Shown: positions 10,395-20,165 of the stretch, in pieces | How the letters are laid out: each line of letters opens with the position of its first letter | Numbering within the stretch: position 1 is the first letter of the stretch | Assembly: GCA_965215335.1 (NCBI GenBank) | Contig: CBDCDA010000001.1 | Span: 1,984,001-2,048,000, forward strand | From: an uncultured Candidatus Entotheonella sp. | Lineage (GTDB): Bacteria > Tectomicrobia > Entotheonellia > Entotheonellales > Entotheonellaceae | Length of the DNA: 64,000 nucleotides | Direction of reading: 5' to 3' | The notes under the pieces: generated by a model | Seen by the model: the letters and a program-made list of their open reading frames with translations, nothing else | The model's database searches: none | What the model was told of the DNA's origin: nothing | Program-made: the position numbers and the translations under genes

Positions 10395-11726
10395 ATGACG
10401 ACGCACCGCATGCTGCGCTTTGGCGCCTTTCTTGCCGGTACGGGCGGCAACATGGCGTCCTGGAGACACCCCAACGCCATCGCCGACGCCGCCATCAACC
10501 TGGATTACTATCGCTGGCTGACCAGGCGGGCCGAGGCGGCCAAGCTGGATTTCGCGTTTTTCGGCGACGGGCTGTACATCAGCGAGAAGTCGCACCCCAA
10601 TTTTCTCAACCGCTTCGAGCCCCTGACGCTGCTGGCGGCACTGGCCATGGAGACGACGCACATCGGCCTGGCCGCCACGTTGTCCACGACCTACAGCGAC
10701 CCGTACACGGTGGCGCGGCAGTTCGCCTCTATCGACCATATCAGCAAGGGCCGGGCGGGCTGGAACATCGTGACCTCGCCGCTGGAGGGATCGGCGCTGA
10801 ACTACAGCCGCCCGCAGCACCCGGAGCACGACCTGCGCTACCGCATGGCGCATGAGTATCTGGAGGTTGCCAAGGGCCTGTGGGACTCGTGGGAGGACGA
10901 CGCCTTCGTGCGCGACAAGCTGAGCGGGCGATTCATCGACGCCGACAAGATGCACCGGCTGAATCACCGGGGCGAGTTTTATTCGGTGCAGGGGCCCCTG
11001 AACATTTCGCGCTCGCCGCAGGGCCGCCCGGTGCTGATCCAGGCGGGATCATCCGAGGCGGGCAAGGACTTCGCGGCGCGCCAGGCGGACACGGTGTTCA
11101 CCGGGCAGGCGTCGCTGGCGGACGGCGCGCGTTTTTACCAGGACGTGAAACAGCGGGCGGCCCGTTTCGGCAGGGCACCGGAGGAAATTTTGATCATGCC
11201 CGGCTGCGGGCCGATCGTCGGCAGCAGCCGGGCGGAGGCGGAGGCCAAGTATGAAGAGATCGCCAAGCTGGTGAGCATCGAGGACGCCCTGAACTACCTG
11301 GGCCGCTATTTCAACGACATCGACTTCACGCAGTACGACCTGGACGCGCCGTTTCCCGACCTCGGCGATTTTGGCCGCAACGGCTGGGAGAGCACGACGG
11401 ACCGGATCAAGGAACTGGCGCGCGCCGAGGGCCTGACGCTGCGGCAGATGGCGCTGCGCTCCACGACCACCAGGCACGCCTTCATCGGCACGCCGGAGTA
11501 TATCGCCGACACCATGCAGGCGTGGTTCGAGGCGGGCGCCGCAGACGGCTTCATGCTCACCGGCGCGGTGCTACCGGACGGCCTGATCGACTTCATCGAT
11601 CACGTCCTGCCCATTTTGCAGAAGCGCGGCCTGTTCCGCACCGAGTACGAGGCCGGCACGCTGCACGGCAACCTGGGGCTGCCGATTCCCGCCAACCGCT
11701 ACACCCTGACGGAGGCTGTGCGATGA
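10395..11726 (+). CDS. NtaA/SnaA/DszA-family LLM monooxygenase, YtnJ/CmoJ-like
   Basis: [52 protein letters not shown]. Confidence 0.9.
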   Translation: MTTHRMLRFGAFLAGTGGNMASWRHPNAIADAAINLDYYRWLTRRAEAAKLDFAFFGDGLYISEKSHPNFLNRFEPLTLLAALAMETTHIGLAATLSTTYSDPYTVARQFASIDHISKGRAGWNIVTSPLEGSALNYSRPQHPEHDLRYRMAHEYLEVAKGLWDSWEDDAFVRDKLSGRFIDADKMHRLNHRGEFYSVQGPLNISRSPQGRPVLIQAGSSEAGKDFAARQADTVFTGQASLADGARFYQDVKQRAARFGRAPEEILIMPGCGPIVGSSRAEAEAKYEEIAKLVSIEDALNYLGRYFNDIDFTQYDLDAPFPDLGDFGRNGWESTTDRIKELARAEGLTLRQMALRSTTTRHAFIGTPEYIADTMQAWFEAGAADGFMLTGAVLPDGLIDFIDHVLPILQKRGLFRTEYEAGTLHGNLGLPIPANRYTLTEAVR

Positions 11727-12475
11727 TCGAAACGACCCGCGACATCACGACCGCCGACGGCGCCATGGAGACGTTCGTCTGCCGCCCGGAGCGCGGCGGC
11801 CCCCACCCGGCGGTGTTCTTTCTGATGGACGCCCCCGGCATCCGCGAGGAATTGCGCGACATGGCGCGGCGGCTGGCGACAGGGGGCTACGCGGTGCTGC
11901 TGCCGAACCTGTACTACCGCGCCGGGCGAGACAGCGTCTTCGGCGCCGACGTTCTGGAGGCGGGGAGCGCCGAACACACCCGCATGCGCGCCATCCGCAC
12001 GCGGATGACCATCCCGCCCGTCATGCAGGACGTCGCGGCGCTGCTGGATTATGTGGACGGACTCAATTTCGTTGCCGAAGGCCGGGTGGGCTGCCACGGT
12101 TACTGCATGAGCGGACCGTATGCCCTGGCCGCCGCGGCGCGCTATCCCGACCGGGTGGCCGCGGCCGCGTCGTTCTACGGCACCTGGCTGGTGAGCGATG
12201 CCGCGGAGAGCCCGCATTTGTCGCTGGACCGCGTGGGCGGTGAGTTGTACATCGCCTGCGCCGAGCATGACGACCTGGCGCCGCCCGACATGGTCGAGGA
12301 ACTACACCGCCTGTTCGTCGCCTCGGGCGTCGCCGGCGAGCTGGAAATCTACCCCGAGGTGCATCACGGTTTCGCCTTTCCCGATCGCTGGTGCTACGAC
12401 AAACCCGCCGCCGAGCGTCACTGGGAACGCCTCCTGGCCCTTTACGACCGCCAGTTGAAACACCCCGGCAGGTAG
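11723..12475 (+). CDS. Dienelactone hydrolase family protein
   Basis: [22 protein letters not shown] nucleophile, HHGFAF; ATGA overlap with upstream gene. Confidence 0.88.
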   Translation: MIETTRDITTADGAMETFVCRPERGGPHPAVFFLMDAPGIREELRDMARRLATGGYAVLLPNLYYRAGRDSVFGADVLEAGSAEHTRMRAIRTRMTIPPVMQDVAALLDYVDGLNFVAEGRVGCHGYCMSGPYALAAAARYPDRVAAAASFYGTWLVSDAAESPHLSLDRVGGELYIACAEHDDLAPPDMVEELHRLFVASGVAGELEIYPEVHHGFAFPDRWCYDKPAAERHWERLLALYDRQLKHPGR

Positions 12476-12573
12476 CCTCGCCCCGGTGCAAATGGCGTCC
12501 AGGGCAAGTCACCACGCGGCTTTTCTCTTTCCCTTGATGAGTCGCGTGAGGCGGCGGGATCATCACGGGATCA

Positions 12574-13923
12574 TCATTGGTCAATCTGGGACAAGTCCAG
12601 CGGCGACACCAGCCGCCTGATCGTCCGCGCCACGTCTTGCGCCCCTCGGCCTTGCGGCCTGACCCGCCGGTAGATCGCCTCGGCCGTCCGCAAGCGCTCC
12701 AGCGCCTCCGCCATCCGTCCTTGCCGACCGTAGACGTTGCCGATGTTGCCGAGGTCCCGCGCCCGCCCTGCCGCGTGCCCGCTTCCCGTATCCAGCTCAA
12801 GTGCCTTCTCGTGCGCCGCCAGCGCCTTGTCCAACTGTCGCTGCCGCTCGTGCACGTTGCCGACGTGGCTGAGCGCCGCGGCCTGCCCGACGGCGTGCCT
12901 GATCCGTGTGTACAGTTTGAACGACCCCTCGTACGCCGCCAGCGCCTTGTCCAGCTGCCCCTGCCTGAAATACACGTCGCCGATGTCGTTCATGACCGCG
13001 GCCCGTGCCCCCGTGTTGCCGATCTCGGCGTGAAACCGCAACGACCTCCCCAGCGATACCAGCGCGTCGCCAATCTGTCCCCGCATCCGGTACGCGTTGC
13101 CGATGTCGGCCAGGGCCAGCGCTTGCCCGACGCTCCCGAGCCGCTGTTCCGCAAGCCGATACGCCTGCCGGTACCAATCCAGCGCCGTGTCCGGGAGTCC
13201 CTGCTCGGCATGCACGTAACCCAGGTTTCCCAGGGCGACCGCCTGCCCCGCCGCGTGGTCCAGTTGCTTGCAGAGTTCCAGCGCTTGCTCATGCGCGGCC
13301 AGCGCCTCGTCCATCCTGCCCTGCGCCGCCTGCAGATTGCCGAGATGCCCGAGGGCGGCGGACGCGCTCAAAGGGTCCTTTTCCCGCCTGGCGATAGCCA
13401 GGGCTGCGCCGTGCGCGGCCAGCGCCTCATCAACGCGGCCCTGTTCCCGATACACAACGCCCAGGCCCAGTTGAAAGGCCGGCACGAAGTCGTGGCCGCC
13501 GCGCTTCTCGATCAGATCCAACCCCGTGCGAAAATGCGCCTCGGCCGCCGCAAGCTCGCCCAGATCGAGTGCTACCAAGCCGGCATTGAGAGATGCCGAG
13601 AGCGTCGCATACGCCTCCAACGAGCGCTGGAATTCCTTGGCCGCGGCCCTGTGGCGGTACGCTCCGGCTTGCTCTTCCGCCGCAGCGAATGATTCCGCCG
13701 CGGCGGCGCGGCTGGCCGATTCAGCCTGTTGCAACTCCGCATCGAAGCGAACGGTCGTGGCCTTGTACAACAAGCCCCGAGGCATGTGAACGACGGCGAA
13801 AGGCGGTTCCGCCGGCGGGTCGCCGCCCCTGTTCAGCGCCAAGCCTCCCAGCGCCGCAGCGACAACCACGACCCCGAGCGCCAGAAACGACCGTCCGCGC
13901 CACACACCTGACCAACCTCGCAT
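12574..13923 (-). CDS. Membrane-anchored tetratricopeptide repeat protein
   Basis: N-terminal hydrophobic helix, then ~8 TPR-like repeats with 40-aa period (LGNLG/IGNVY..QG..D.ALAAHE.AL). Confidence 0.85.
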   Translation of the reverse strand: MRGWSGVWRGRSFLALGVVVVAAALGGLALNRGGDPPAEPPFAVVHMPRGLLYKATTVRFDAELQQAESASRAAAAESFAAAEEQAGAYRHRAAAKEFQRSLEAYATLSASLNAGLVALDLGELAAAEAHFRTGLDLIEKRGGHDFVPAFQLGLGVVYREQGRVDEALAAHGAALAIARREKDPLSASAALGHLGNLQAAQGRMDEALAAHEQALELCKQLDHAAGQAVALGNLGYVHAEQGLPDTALDWYRQAYRLAEQRLGSVGQALALADIGNAYRMRGQIGDALVSLGRSLRFHAEIGNTGARAAVMNDIGDVYFRQGQLDKALAAYEGSFKLYTRIRHAVGQAAALSHVGNVHERQRQLDKALAAHEKALELDTGSGHAAGRARDLGNIGNVYGRQGRMAEALERLRTAEAIYRRVRPQGRGAQDVARTIRRLVSPLDLSQIDQ

Positions 13924-13937
13924 CGTCTCGCCTCGCC

Positions 13938-14705
13938 CTACTGCGCCATAAACCCGCCGTCCGCCGCCATCGCGTGGCCCGTGATGAACGACGCTGCGTC
14001 CGAGCACAGCCATACAACCGTTTCGGCAATCTCCTCGGGTCGCCCCAGGCGTCCGATCGGCTCACGCGCCAGCATCTGCGCTTCCAGTTCCGGACCTTCG
14101 TGCCGCAGCACGTAATCCACCATCGGCGTGCGCACGTACCCCGGGCACACCGCGTTGACGCGAATTCCCTGGCTGCCGTACTCCAGGGCCGCCGTCTTGG
14201 TGATCCCGACCACGCCGTGCTTGCTGGCCACGTAGGCCGAGCGACCCGCGATCCCGACCAGCCCGGCGATCGACGCGGTATTGACGATGGCGCCGCTTCC
14301 CTGCGTCCGCATCTGCGCCAGCTCGTACTTCAGGCACAGCCAGACGCCCGTCAGATTGACCGCCAGCACCCGGTGCCAATCGTCCAGCGGATATTCGTCC
14401 GTCGGCGGATAGGCGCGCTGCGTCACGCCGGCGTTGTTGCAGGCGCAATCCAGCCGTCCGTAGATCACCACGGCCCGGCTGACCAGCGCCTCCACCTCCG
14501 TGGCGACCGTCATATCCGCACGCACGAACACCGCCTCGCCGCCCTGCTCGGTGATGCCGTGCACCGTCTGCTGGCCGCCGTCCGCGTTCATGTCCGCGAC
14601 CACCAGCTTCGCCCCCTCGCGGGCAAACACCAGCGCCGTCGCCCGGCCAATCCCCGATCCCCCGCCCGTTACCAGCGCCACCTTGCCTTCCACTCGTCCC
14701 GCCAT
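13938..14705 (-). CDS. Short-chain dehydrogenase/reductase
   Basis: TGGGSGIG, NNAGV, YVASK catalytic motif, IRVNAVCPG. Confidence 0.93.
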   Translation of the reverse strand: MAGRVEGKVALVTGGGSGIGRATALVFAREGAKLVVADMNADGGQQTVHGITEQGGEAVFVRADMTVATEVEALVSRAVVIYGRLDCACNNAGVTQRAYPPTDEYPLDDWHRVLAVNLTGVWLCLKYELAQMRTQGSGAIVNTASIAGLVGIAGRSAYVASKHGVVGITKTAALEYGSQGIRVNAVCPGYVRTPMVDYVLRHEGPELEAQMLAREPIGRLGRPEEIAETVVWLCSDAASFITGHAMAADGGFMAQ

Positions 14706-15215
14706 GGCCCAGCTGCTCCTCCAAACCGTATTGTGCCCGCGTCCCGGTCGATTTCCAAAACGAGTGCGTATCCTACCACAATCCGGCTCTCTGAAGGCTG
14801 ATCGTCGCACGGCTTCGCAGCCCCATTTTGCAATCGATACCGTTTCTGTATAAGTCTGTATGAGTTCGCATAATCATTTATGTGGCATACAGGAATTACC
14901 CCCTGACCCTGCCGTTTGACCTCGATACTGCAATTTTATGCGGCCGTTACCTGACCAGCCACCACGCAATCCTTGGGTCCTGAGCCTCGGGGACCGGGCC
15001 TGGACGCAACTCGACCTCCCAGGGCCTCGGCATCCGCTGCATATGCTAATCGGCCACCGCGCAACCTGACGGAATGACAACGCGAGGCTGTACGGCAATA
15101 CAACGTGCAGTTGACGTCGACGCGGTGCCAAGGCGCGTTGAAGTGGGGCACAGGACGCGGTAGAATGCCGGGCGCTGTGAGGGACGAATCGGCAGACGAG
15201 ACGGGAGACAACATC

Positions 15216-15716
15216 ATGGGGCATACGCTGGAAGCTTTTGCCGCGTCGTGTCACGACATTCTGAAAGCCGACCCCGGCACCGCGGGACGGGAGCGGCTTT
15301 GCACGCTGCTGCGGGAGGTGCTGCAGGACGGGTCGTTCGTGGCGGCGCATTTGGGGGACGACGTGCCGGAGCGGAAAATTCTGTACGAGGACGCCGAGCT
15401 CGGCTTTTGCATCCTGGCGCACGTGCATCACGACGCCAAAGAAAGCCCGCCTCACGATCACGGCCCGACGTGGGCCATTTACGGGCAAGCCGCGGGCGAG
15501 ACCGAAATGACGGACTGGCAACTGCTGGAAGCGGCCAGCGAGGCCGAACCCGGCAAGGTTCGCAAGGCCAGGACCTATACCCTCACCCCCGGCATGGCCT
15601 TTGTGTACAACGAGGGGGACCTGCACTCCCCACGACGCGACGGGCCGACCCGCCTGATCCGCATCGAGGGCAGCAATATGGACAACGTGAATCGCCTGAA
15701 GTACCAGGCCGTGTGA
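15216..15716 (+). CDS. Cupin / cysteine-dioxygenase-like protein
   Basis: SPPHDHGPTWAIYGQAAG and GDLHSP metal-binding His pattern. Confidence 0.65.
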   Translation: MGHTLEAFAASCHDILKADPGTAGRERLCTLLREVLQDGSFVAAHLGDDVPERKILYEDAELGFCILAHVHHDAKESPPHDHGPTWAIYGQAAGETEMTDWQLLEAASEAEPGKVRKARTYTLTPGMAFVYNEGDLHSPRRDGPTRLIRIEGSNMDNVNRLKYQAV

Positions 15717-15749
15717 TCGGCGCGCAGCCGTTTCGGAGGATCCCTGGCC

Positions 15750-16580
15750 ATGAACATCGTCGATTCGCAAGTGCACATGTGGCAGGCCGAGTCGGCTGAC
15801 CGGCCGTGGCCGGCGGGCCGTGCGCCGGAGGCGCAGAAGCCGTATCCGATCAGCAAGGAGACGATGCTGTTCCAGATGGACTTGGCGGGCGTGCGACGTG
15901 CGGTGATCGTGCCGCCGTCGTGGGAAGGGAACCGCAACGACGTGGCGCTGGAGGCGGCGCGGAGCTATCCCGACCGCTTTGCCGTCATGGGCCGTCTGGA
16001 CCCGAAGGACCCGGCCAGCCCGGGCAAGGTCGCCGACTGGAAGGCGCAACCGGGCATGCTCGGCATGCGCTTCACGTTCCACAACGAGCACTACCGTCAC
16101 CTGCTCACCGACGGTTCGACCGATTGGCTGTGGCCGGCGGTGGAGAAGGCCGGCATCCCACTCATGGTCATCATGCCCGACGCCCTCGACCATCTCGACC
16201 GCGTTGCCGCCGCCCATCCGGGGCTGAAACTGGTGATCGACCACGTCGGGCTGAAAGTCGGCAGCGGTCCGCAGGTGTTCGACAATCTCCCGGAGGTCTG
16301 CAAGCTGGCCCGCCACCCCAACGTGGCGGTCAAGGCGTCCGGCATGCCGTCGCTGTCCATCGAGCCCTACCCGTTCCGCGACCTGCACCCGCACATCCGC
16401 ACGCTCATCGACGCCTTCGGCCCGCAGCGCACCTTCTGGGGCACCGACCTGACGCGCATGCCCTGCACCTACTACGAATGCATCACCCTGTTCACCGAGT
16501 ACCTGCCGTGGCTGCAGGGCGAGGACCTCGAATGGGTGATGGGCCGCGCCATTTGCGAGTGGCTGGATTGGCCGCTCTGA
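15750..16580 (+). CDS. Amidohydrolase_2 family protein
   Basis: IVDSQVHMW, LVIDHVG, VAVKASG, FWGTD. Confidence 0.88.
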   Translation: MNIVDSQVHMWQAESADRPWPAGRAPEAQKPYPISKETMLFQMDLAGVRRAVIVPPSWEGNRNDVALEAARSYPDRFAVMGRLDPKDPASPGKVADWKAQPGMLGMRFTFHNEHYRHLLTDGSTDWLWPAVEKAGIPLMVIMPDALDHLDRVAAAHPGLKLVIDHVGLKVGSGPQVFDNLPEVCKLARHPNVAVKASGMPSLSIEPYPFRDLHPHIRTLIDAFGPQRTFWGTDLTRMPCTYYECITLFTEYLPWLQGEDLEWVMGRAICEWLDWPL

Positions 16581-16624
16581 TCCCGAAGCCACCACGTCAC
16601 CCATCCCGAAACCGGAGACACACC

Positions 16625-17530
16625 ATGCAAACCGTTGTCGCACAAGGCGAAACGATCCCGGCCGAGCGCGTCGGCCTGTTCGAGGACCATGCAGCGCTGC
16701 AGGGCGATGCCGCCGCCCTGCAGGCGCAGCTTGCCGACGGTGGCTACCTGTACATGCGCGAGTTCTTTCCGCGCGACGACGTCATGGCCGCGCGTGCCGA
16801 CATCTTTGGCCGCCTCGCCGAGGTGGGCGAGATCCTGCCGCCCGTCGGCGACGGCATCTACTCCGGCTTCAGCCGCCGCAAGGAACAGGTGGAGGACCTC
16901 GGCGGCTTCTGGAGGTCCGTTTGTGAAACCTGGTCGCTGCGCCGCATCACCCACGGCCCGCGGCTCTACGGCCTCATGAGCGCGGTGTTCGGCGAGCCGG
17001 CACGGGCGCAGGATTACCTGTTCCTGCGTCCGGCGAATCGCGGCAAATTCACCAACCTGCACTGCGATTACGGCTTCTTCACCCGCATGACCGAGACCGT
17101 GCTGACCGCCTGGACCGCGCTCGGCGACGTGCCGATCAGCGAGGGTCCGTTGTTCGTGGTGGAGGGCTCGCACCGCTTCGACGACATCGTCGCCTCGCAA
17201 AAGGGCTTCGACGTGGCCCGCGACACCCACCGCACCGCCGCCTTCAACGTGACGCCGCTGCAGTTCGTCGAAGAACGTGGCGCCCGGCTGCTGACTCGCG
17301 ATTTCGCCGCCGGCGACGTGGTGGTCTTTCCGATGTTGACGCTGCACGGCTCGCTGCAGAACGTCTCCGAACAGAACCGCGTGCGCCTGTCCGTCGATGT
17401 GCGCTACCAACGCCTCGCCGACGCCGTGGACGAGCGCTACTTCGGGCCGTCGCCGACCGGCACCACGGGCGTGGGTTACGGCGAGCTGGTCGGCGCCAAG
17501 CCGCTGACCGAGGCGTGGCACGTTCGCTGA
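16625..17530 (+). CDS. Phytanoyl-CoA dioxygenase (PhyH) family Fe(II)/2OG dioxygenase
   Basis: HCD (HxD), TAWTALGD, VVEGSH, TLHGS, RLSVDVRY. Confidence 0.85.
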   Translation: MQTVVAQGETIPAERVGLFEDHAALQGDAAALQAQLADGGYLYMREFFPRDDVMAARADIFGRLAEVGEILPPVGDGIYSGFSRRKEQVEDLGGFWRSVCETWSLRRITHGPRLYGLMSAVFGEPARAQDYLFLRPANRGKFTNLHCDYGFFTRMTETVLTAWTALGDVPISEGPLFVVEGSHRFDDIVASQKGFDVARDTHRTAAFNVTPLQFVEERGARLLTRDFAAGDVVVFPMLTLHGSLQNVSEQNRVRLSVDVRYQRLADAVDERYFGPSPTGTTGVGYGELVGAKPLTEAWHVR

Positions 17531-17541
17531 CGGAGGACAGC

Positions 17542-18054
17542 ATGCAGGTAAGCGTCGTCATCGGCAATCCCAACCCCGGCGGCCGTACCACGCGAGTGGC
17601 CGAGGCGGCGGCCCGCTCGGCGGTCGCAGCCGTTGGCGCCGGCGGCCGTGCCAGCCTTGAAACCATCGAGCTGGCGCACATGGCCGGCCGCCTGTTCGCC
17701 TGGGAGGACGACGAGCTTGCCACTCTCAGCCAGAAGGTGGCGTCCAGCGCCCTGATCATCCCCGCCTGCCCGGTCTACAAGGCCGCCTACACCGGGCTGC
17801 TCAAAGCCTTCTTCGACCGCTACGGCAACAACGGCCTGGCCGGTGCGGTGGCGCTTCCCGTGATGCTCGGCGCCGCCCCGCAGCACGCCCTGGCGGTGGA
17901 GACGCACTTCCGCCCGCTGCTCGTCGAGCTCGGCGCCTCGGTGCCCAGCCGCGGCCTGTACGTCCTGGAATCGCAACTGGACGACCTCGACGCCGTGGTG
18001 GCCGACTTCATGCACGGCGCCGGTCCGCTGCTGCGCCGCGCCCTCACCGACTGA
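17542..18054 (+). CDS. NAD(P)H-dependent FMN reductase (SsuE-like)
   Basis: GNPNPGGRT, PVYKAAYTGLLKAFFD, RPLLVELGA; RBS GGAGG. Confidence 0.88.
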   Translation: MQVSVVIGNPNPGGRTTRVAEAAARSAVAAVGAGGRASLETIELAHMAGRLFAWEDDELATLSQKVASSALIIPACPVYKAAYTGLLKAFFDRYGNNGLAGAVALPVMLGAAPQHALAVETHFRPLLVELGASVPSRGLYVLESQLDDLDAVVADFMHGAGPLLRRALTD

Positions 18055-18143
18055 ACACCCATCCGGTGTTGCGCGCCAAAGCGGCGCCGTGGCACAATCC
18101 CTGCCTCTTATCAGCCCAAGCCCATCGCATTGAGGAACGCAAC

Positions 18144-18761
18144 ATGATCTACGAGATAAGGACCTACGACCTCAAGCCCCGCTCGGTGCCCGAATTCGAG
18201 CGCCGCACCGCGGAAAAGCTCAAGGAAGGCCGGGAGACTTATTCGTCCCTGTTCGGCTTCTGGTACACCGAGGCCGGGCCGCTGAACCAGGTGGTGCACA
18301 TCTGGCCGTACGAGGACGCGAACCAGCGACAGGACATCCGCGCCAAGGTGGTGGCCGATGGCGTCTGGCCGCCAGACAACGGCGAATTCATCGCCAACAT
18401 GCACGCCGCCATCTACCTGCCGGCGCCCTTCATGCAGGCGCGTGGCACCGCCAAGCTGGGTCCGCTGTACGAAATGCGCATTTACACATACGCCCCCGGT
18501 GCCATCCCGCGGGTCATCGAAAAGTGGAGCGAACACGTCCCCGAGCGAGAAAAATACTCGCCGCTGGTCGGCGCCTGGTACTCGGACGTCGGCGACCTGA
18601 ACGTGTGGGTTCACCTATGGGCATACGCCAGCTTCGAGGAGCGGCTCAAAATTCGCGCCGAAACGCGCGAAAAGGGCGTGTGGCCGCCGCCGGGCGGCAT
18701 CGCGCCGCTGTCCCAGGAGAGCAAGCTGCTGACGCCGTTCAGCTGCTCGCCACTGCAGTAG
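18144..18761 (+). CDS. NIPSNAP family protein (two domains)
   Basis: Duplicated YEIRTY...VVHIWPY / YEMRIY...WVHLWAY. Confidence 0.88.
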   Translation: MIYEIRTYDLKPRSVPEFERRTAEKLKEGRETYSSLFGFWYTEAGPLNQVVHIWPYEDANQRQDIRAKVVADGVWPPDNGEFIANMHAAIYLPAPFMQARGTAKLGPLYEMRIYTYAPGAIPRVIEKWSEHVPEREKYSPLVGAWYSDVGDLNVWVHLWAYASFEERLKIRAETREKGVWPPPGGIAPLSQESKLLTPFSCSPLQ

Positions 18762-18800
18762 CCCCGTCCCACCCGTCTGTTCCGACGAGGGAGCCAGACC

Positions 18801-19973
18801 ATGAAAATCACGCAGGTTCGCGTTGTACCCATGAGCGATCCGGTGCCCGTGGAGCGCCGCCACCGCACCGACTTGGGCACCAAGGTCAAGTCGGACTCGG
18901 CGATCATCTTCGTCGATACCGACACCGGCCTGACCGGCATGGGCGCGGCACTGGGCAATCCCGGGGTGGTGCAGGCCATCGTCGAGCACGAACTGGGGCC
19001 GGACATCGTGGGCGAGGACCCGATGTTTTCGGAACGCGTCTACGAGAAGCTGTACAACGGCTCGCGCTTCCGCCCGGCCATGGAGCGCGGCTGGCAGCAG
19101 CCGGAGCCGTCGCGCCGCCGCGGCATGGTGATGGAGGCCATCGCCGGTGTCGACATCGCGGTGTGGGACGTCAAGGCGCAGGCGCTGGGGGTGCCGGTGT
19201 ACCAGGCTCTCGGGGCCATGCGCGACGAGGTGCGTGGCTACGGTTCGGGCGGCTGGGCGCCGGGCGACGAGGCCGAGGTGGAAATGGCGGGCTACGCGGC
19301 GAAGGGCTTCAGCGCTGTGAAGATGCGCGTAGTGGGACACGACGGTTTTTCCATCGAAAACACCGTACGCCGCGTACAGGCCGCTCGGCGCGGCATCGGC
19401 CCGGACGTGGAGTTGATGGTGGACGCGCACGGCTCGCTGGACGTATCCACCGCCGTCCGGCTCGCCAAGGAGTTGGAAGCATACGACATCGCCTGGTTCG
19501 AAGAGCCGGTGTCGCCGGACGACCATCACGGGCAGGCCCTGGTGCGGCAGGCAACGAAAATCCCGATCGCCCCCGGCGAGCGCGAGTTCACCCGCCACGA
19601 CTTCCTCGATCTCATGGAGTACGGCGCCCTCGACATCGCGCAGCCGGACGTGGCACGCGCCGGCGGCTTTACCGAAATTCGCCGCATCGCCGCCCTCACC
19701 TCGACCCGCCAAGTCCGCTTGGCGCCGCACGCCTGGGGCAGCGGCGTGCTGTTCGCGGCCTCCATCCACGTCGCCATGGCGGCGGCGAACTGCCACATCC
19801 TGGAAGTGAGCCAGGGTTACATGCCGATGATCTGGGAGCTGTTCGAGGAGCCGTTCGACATCCGCCCCGACGGCACCGTGCACGCCCCCGAAAAACCCGG
19901 CCTCGGTTTCACTCTGCGCCCGGATGCGCTGGAACGGTTCAGGTCTCTGCCGGGGCCGGAGTATGAGTGGTAG
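18801..19973 (+). CDS. Mandelate racemase/muconate lactonizing enzyme family
   Basis: GVDIAVWDVKA, KMR, LMVDAH, WFEEP, GERE, QPD, APH. Confidence 0.92.
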   Translation: MKITQVRVVPMSDPVPVERRHRTDLGTKVKSDSAIIFVDTDTGLTGMGAALGNPGVVQAIVEHELGPDIVGEDPMFSERVYEKLYNGSRFRPAMERGWQQPEPSRRRGMVMEAIAGVDIAVWDVKAQALGVPVYQALGAMRDEVRGYGSGGWAPGDEAEVEMAGYAAKGFSAVKMRVVGHDGFSIENTVRRVQAARRGIGPDVELMVDAHGSLDVSTAVRLAKELEAYDIAWFEEPVSPDDHHGQALVRQATKIPIAPGEREFTRHDFLDLMEYGALDIAQPDVARAGGFTEIRRIAALTSTRQVRLAPHAWGSGVLFAASIHVAMAAANCHILEVSQGYMPMIWELFEEPFDIRPDGTVHAPEKPGLGFTLRPDALERFRSLPGPEYEW

Positions 19974-19979
19974 CAACGG

Positions 19980-20024
19980 GACCTGGGCCCCTGCTGTGCC
20001 GAGCCAGGGGCAGGTCGGCTTTTC
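19980..20024 (+). terminator. Possible intrinsic terminator
   Basis: GACCTG(GG)CCCCTG...CAGGGGCAGGTC bulged stem followed by GGCTTTTC just after the stop codon. Confidence 0.35.
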
Positions 20025-20165
20025 ACATCGCTGCATCACCAACGACCCCCAAGGGCAATCCCTGCCTGACCCTGTGCGGCCAACCGGGCTGCATCGTCCA
20101 AGGTCGCCGCTTTGCGGCCTGTCGCCGTGCAGGAACGTGCAGGAATTAGGAAGAGGAGATATTCC

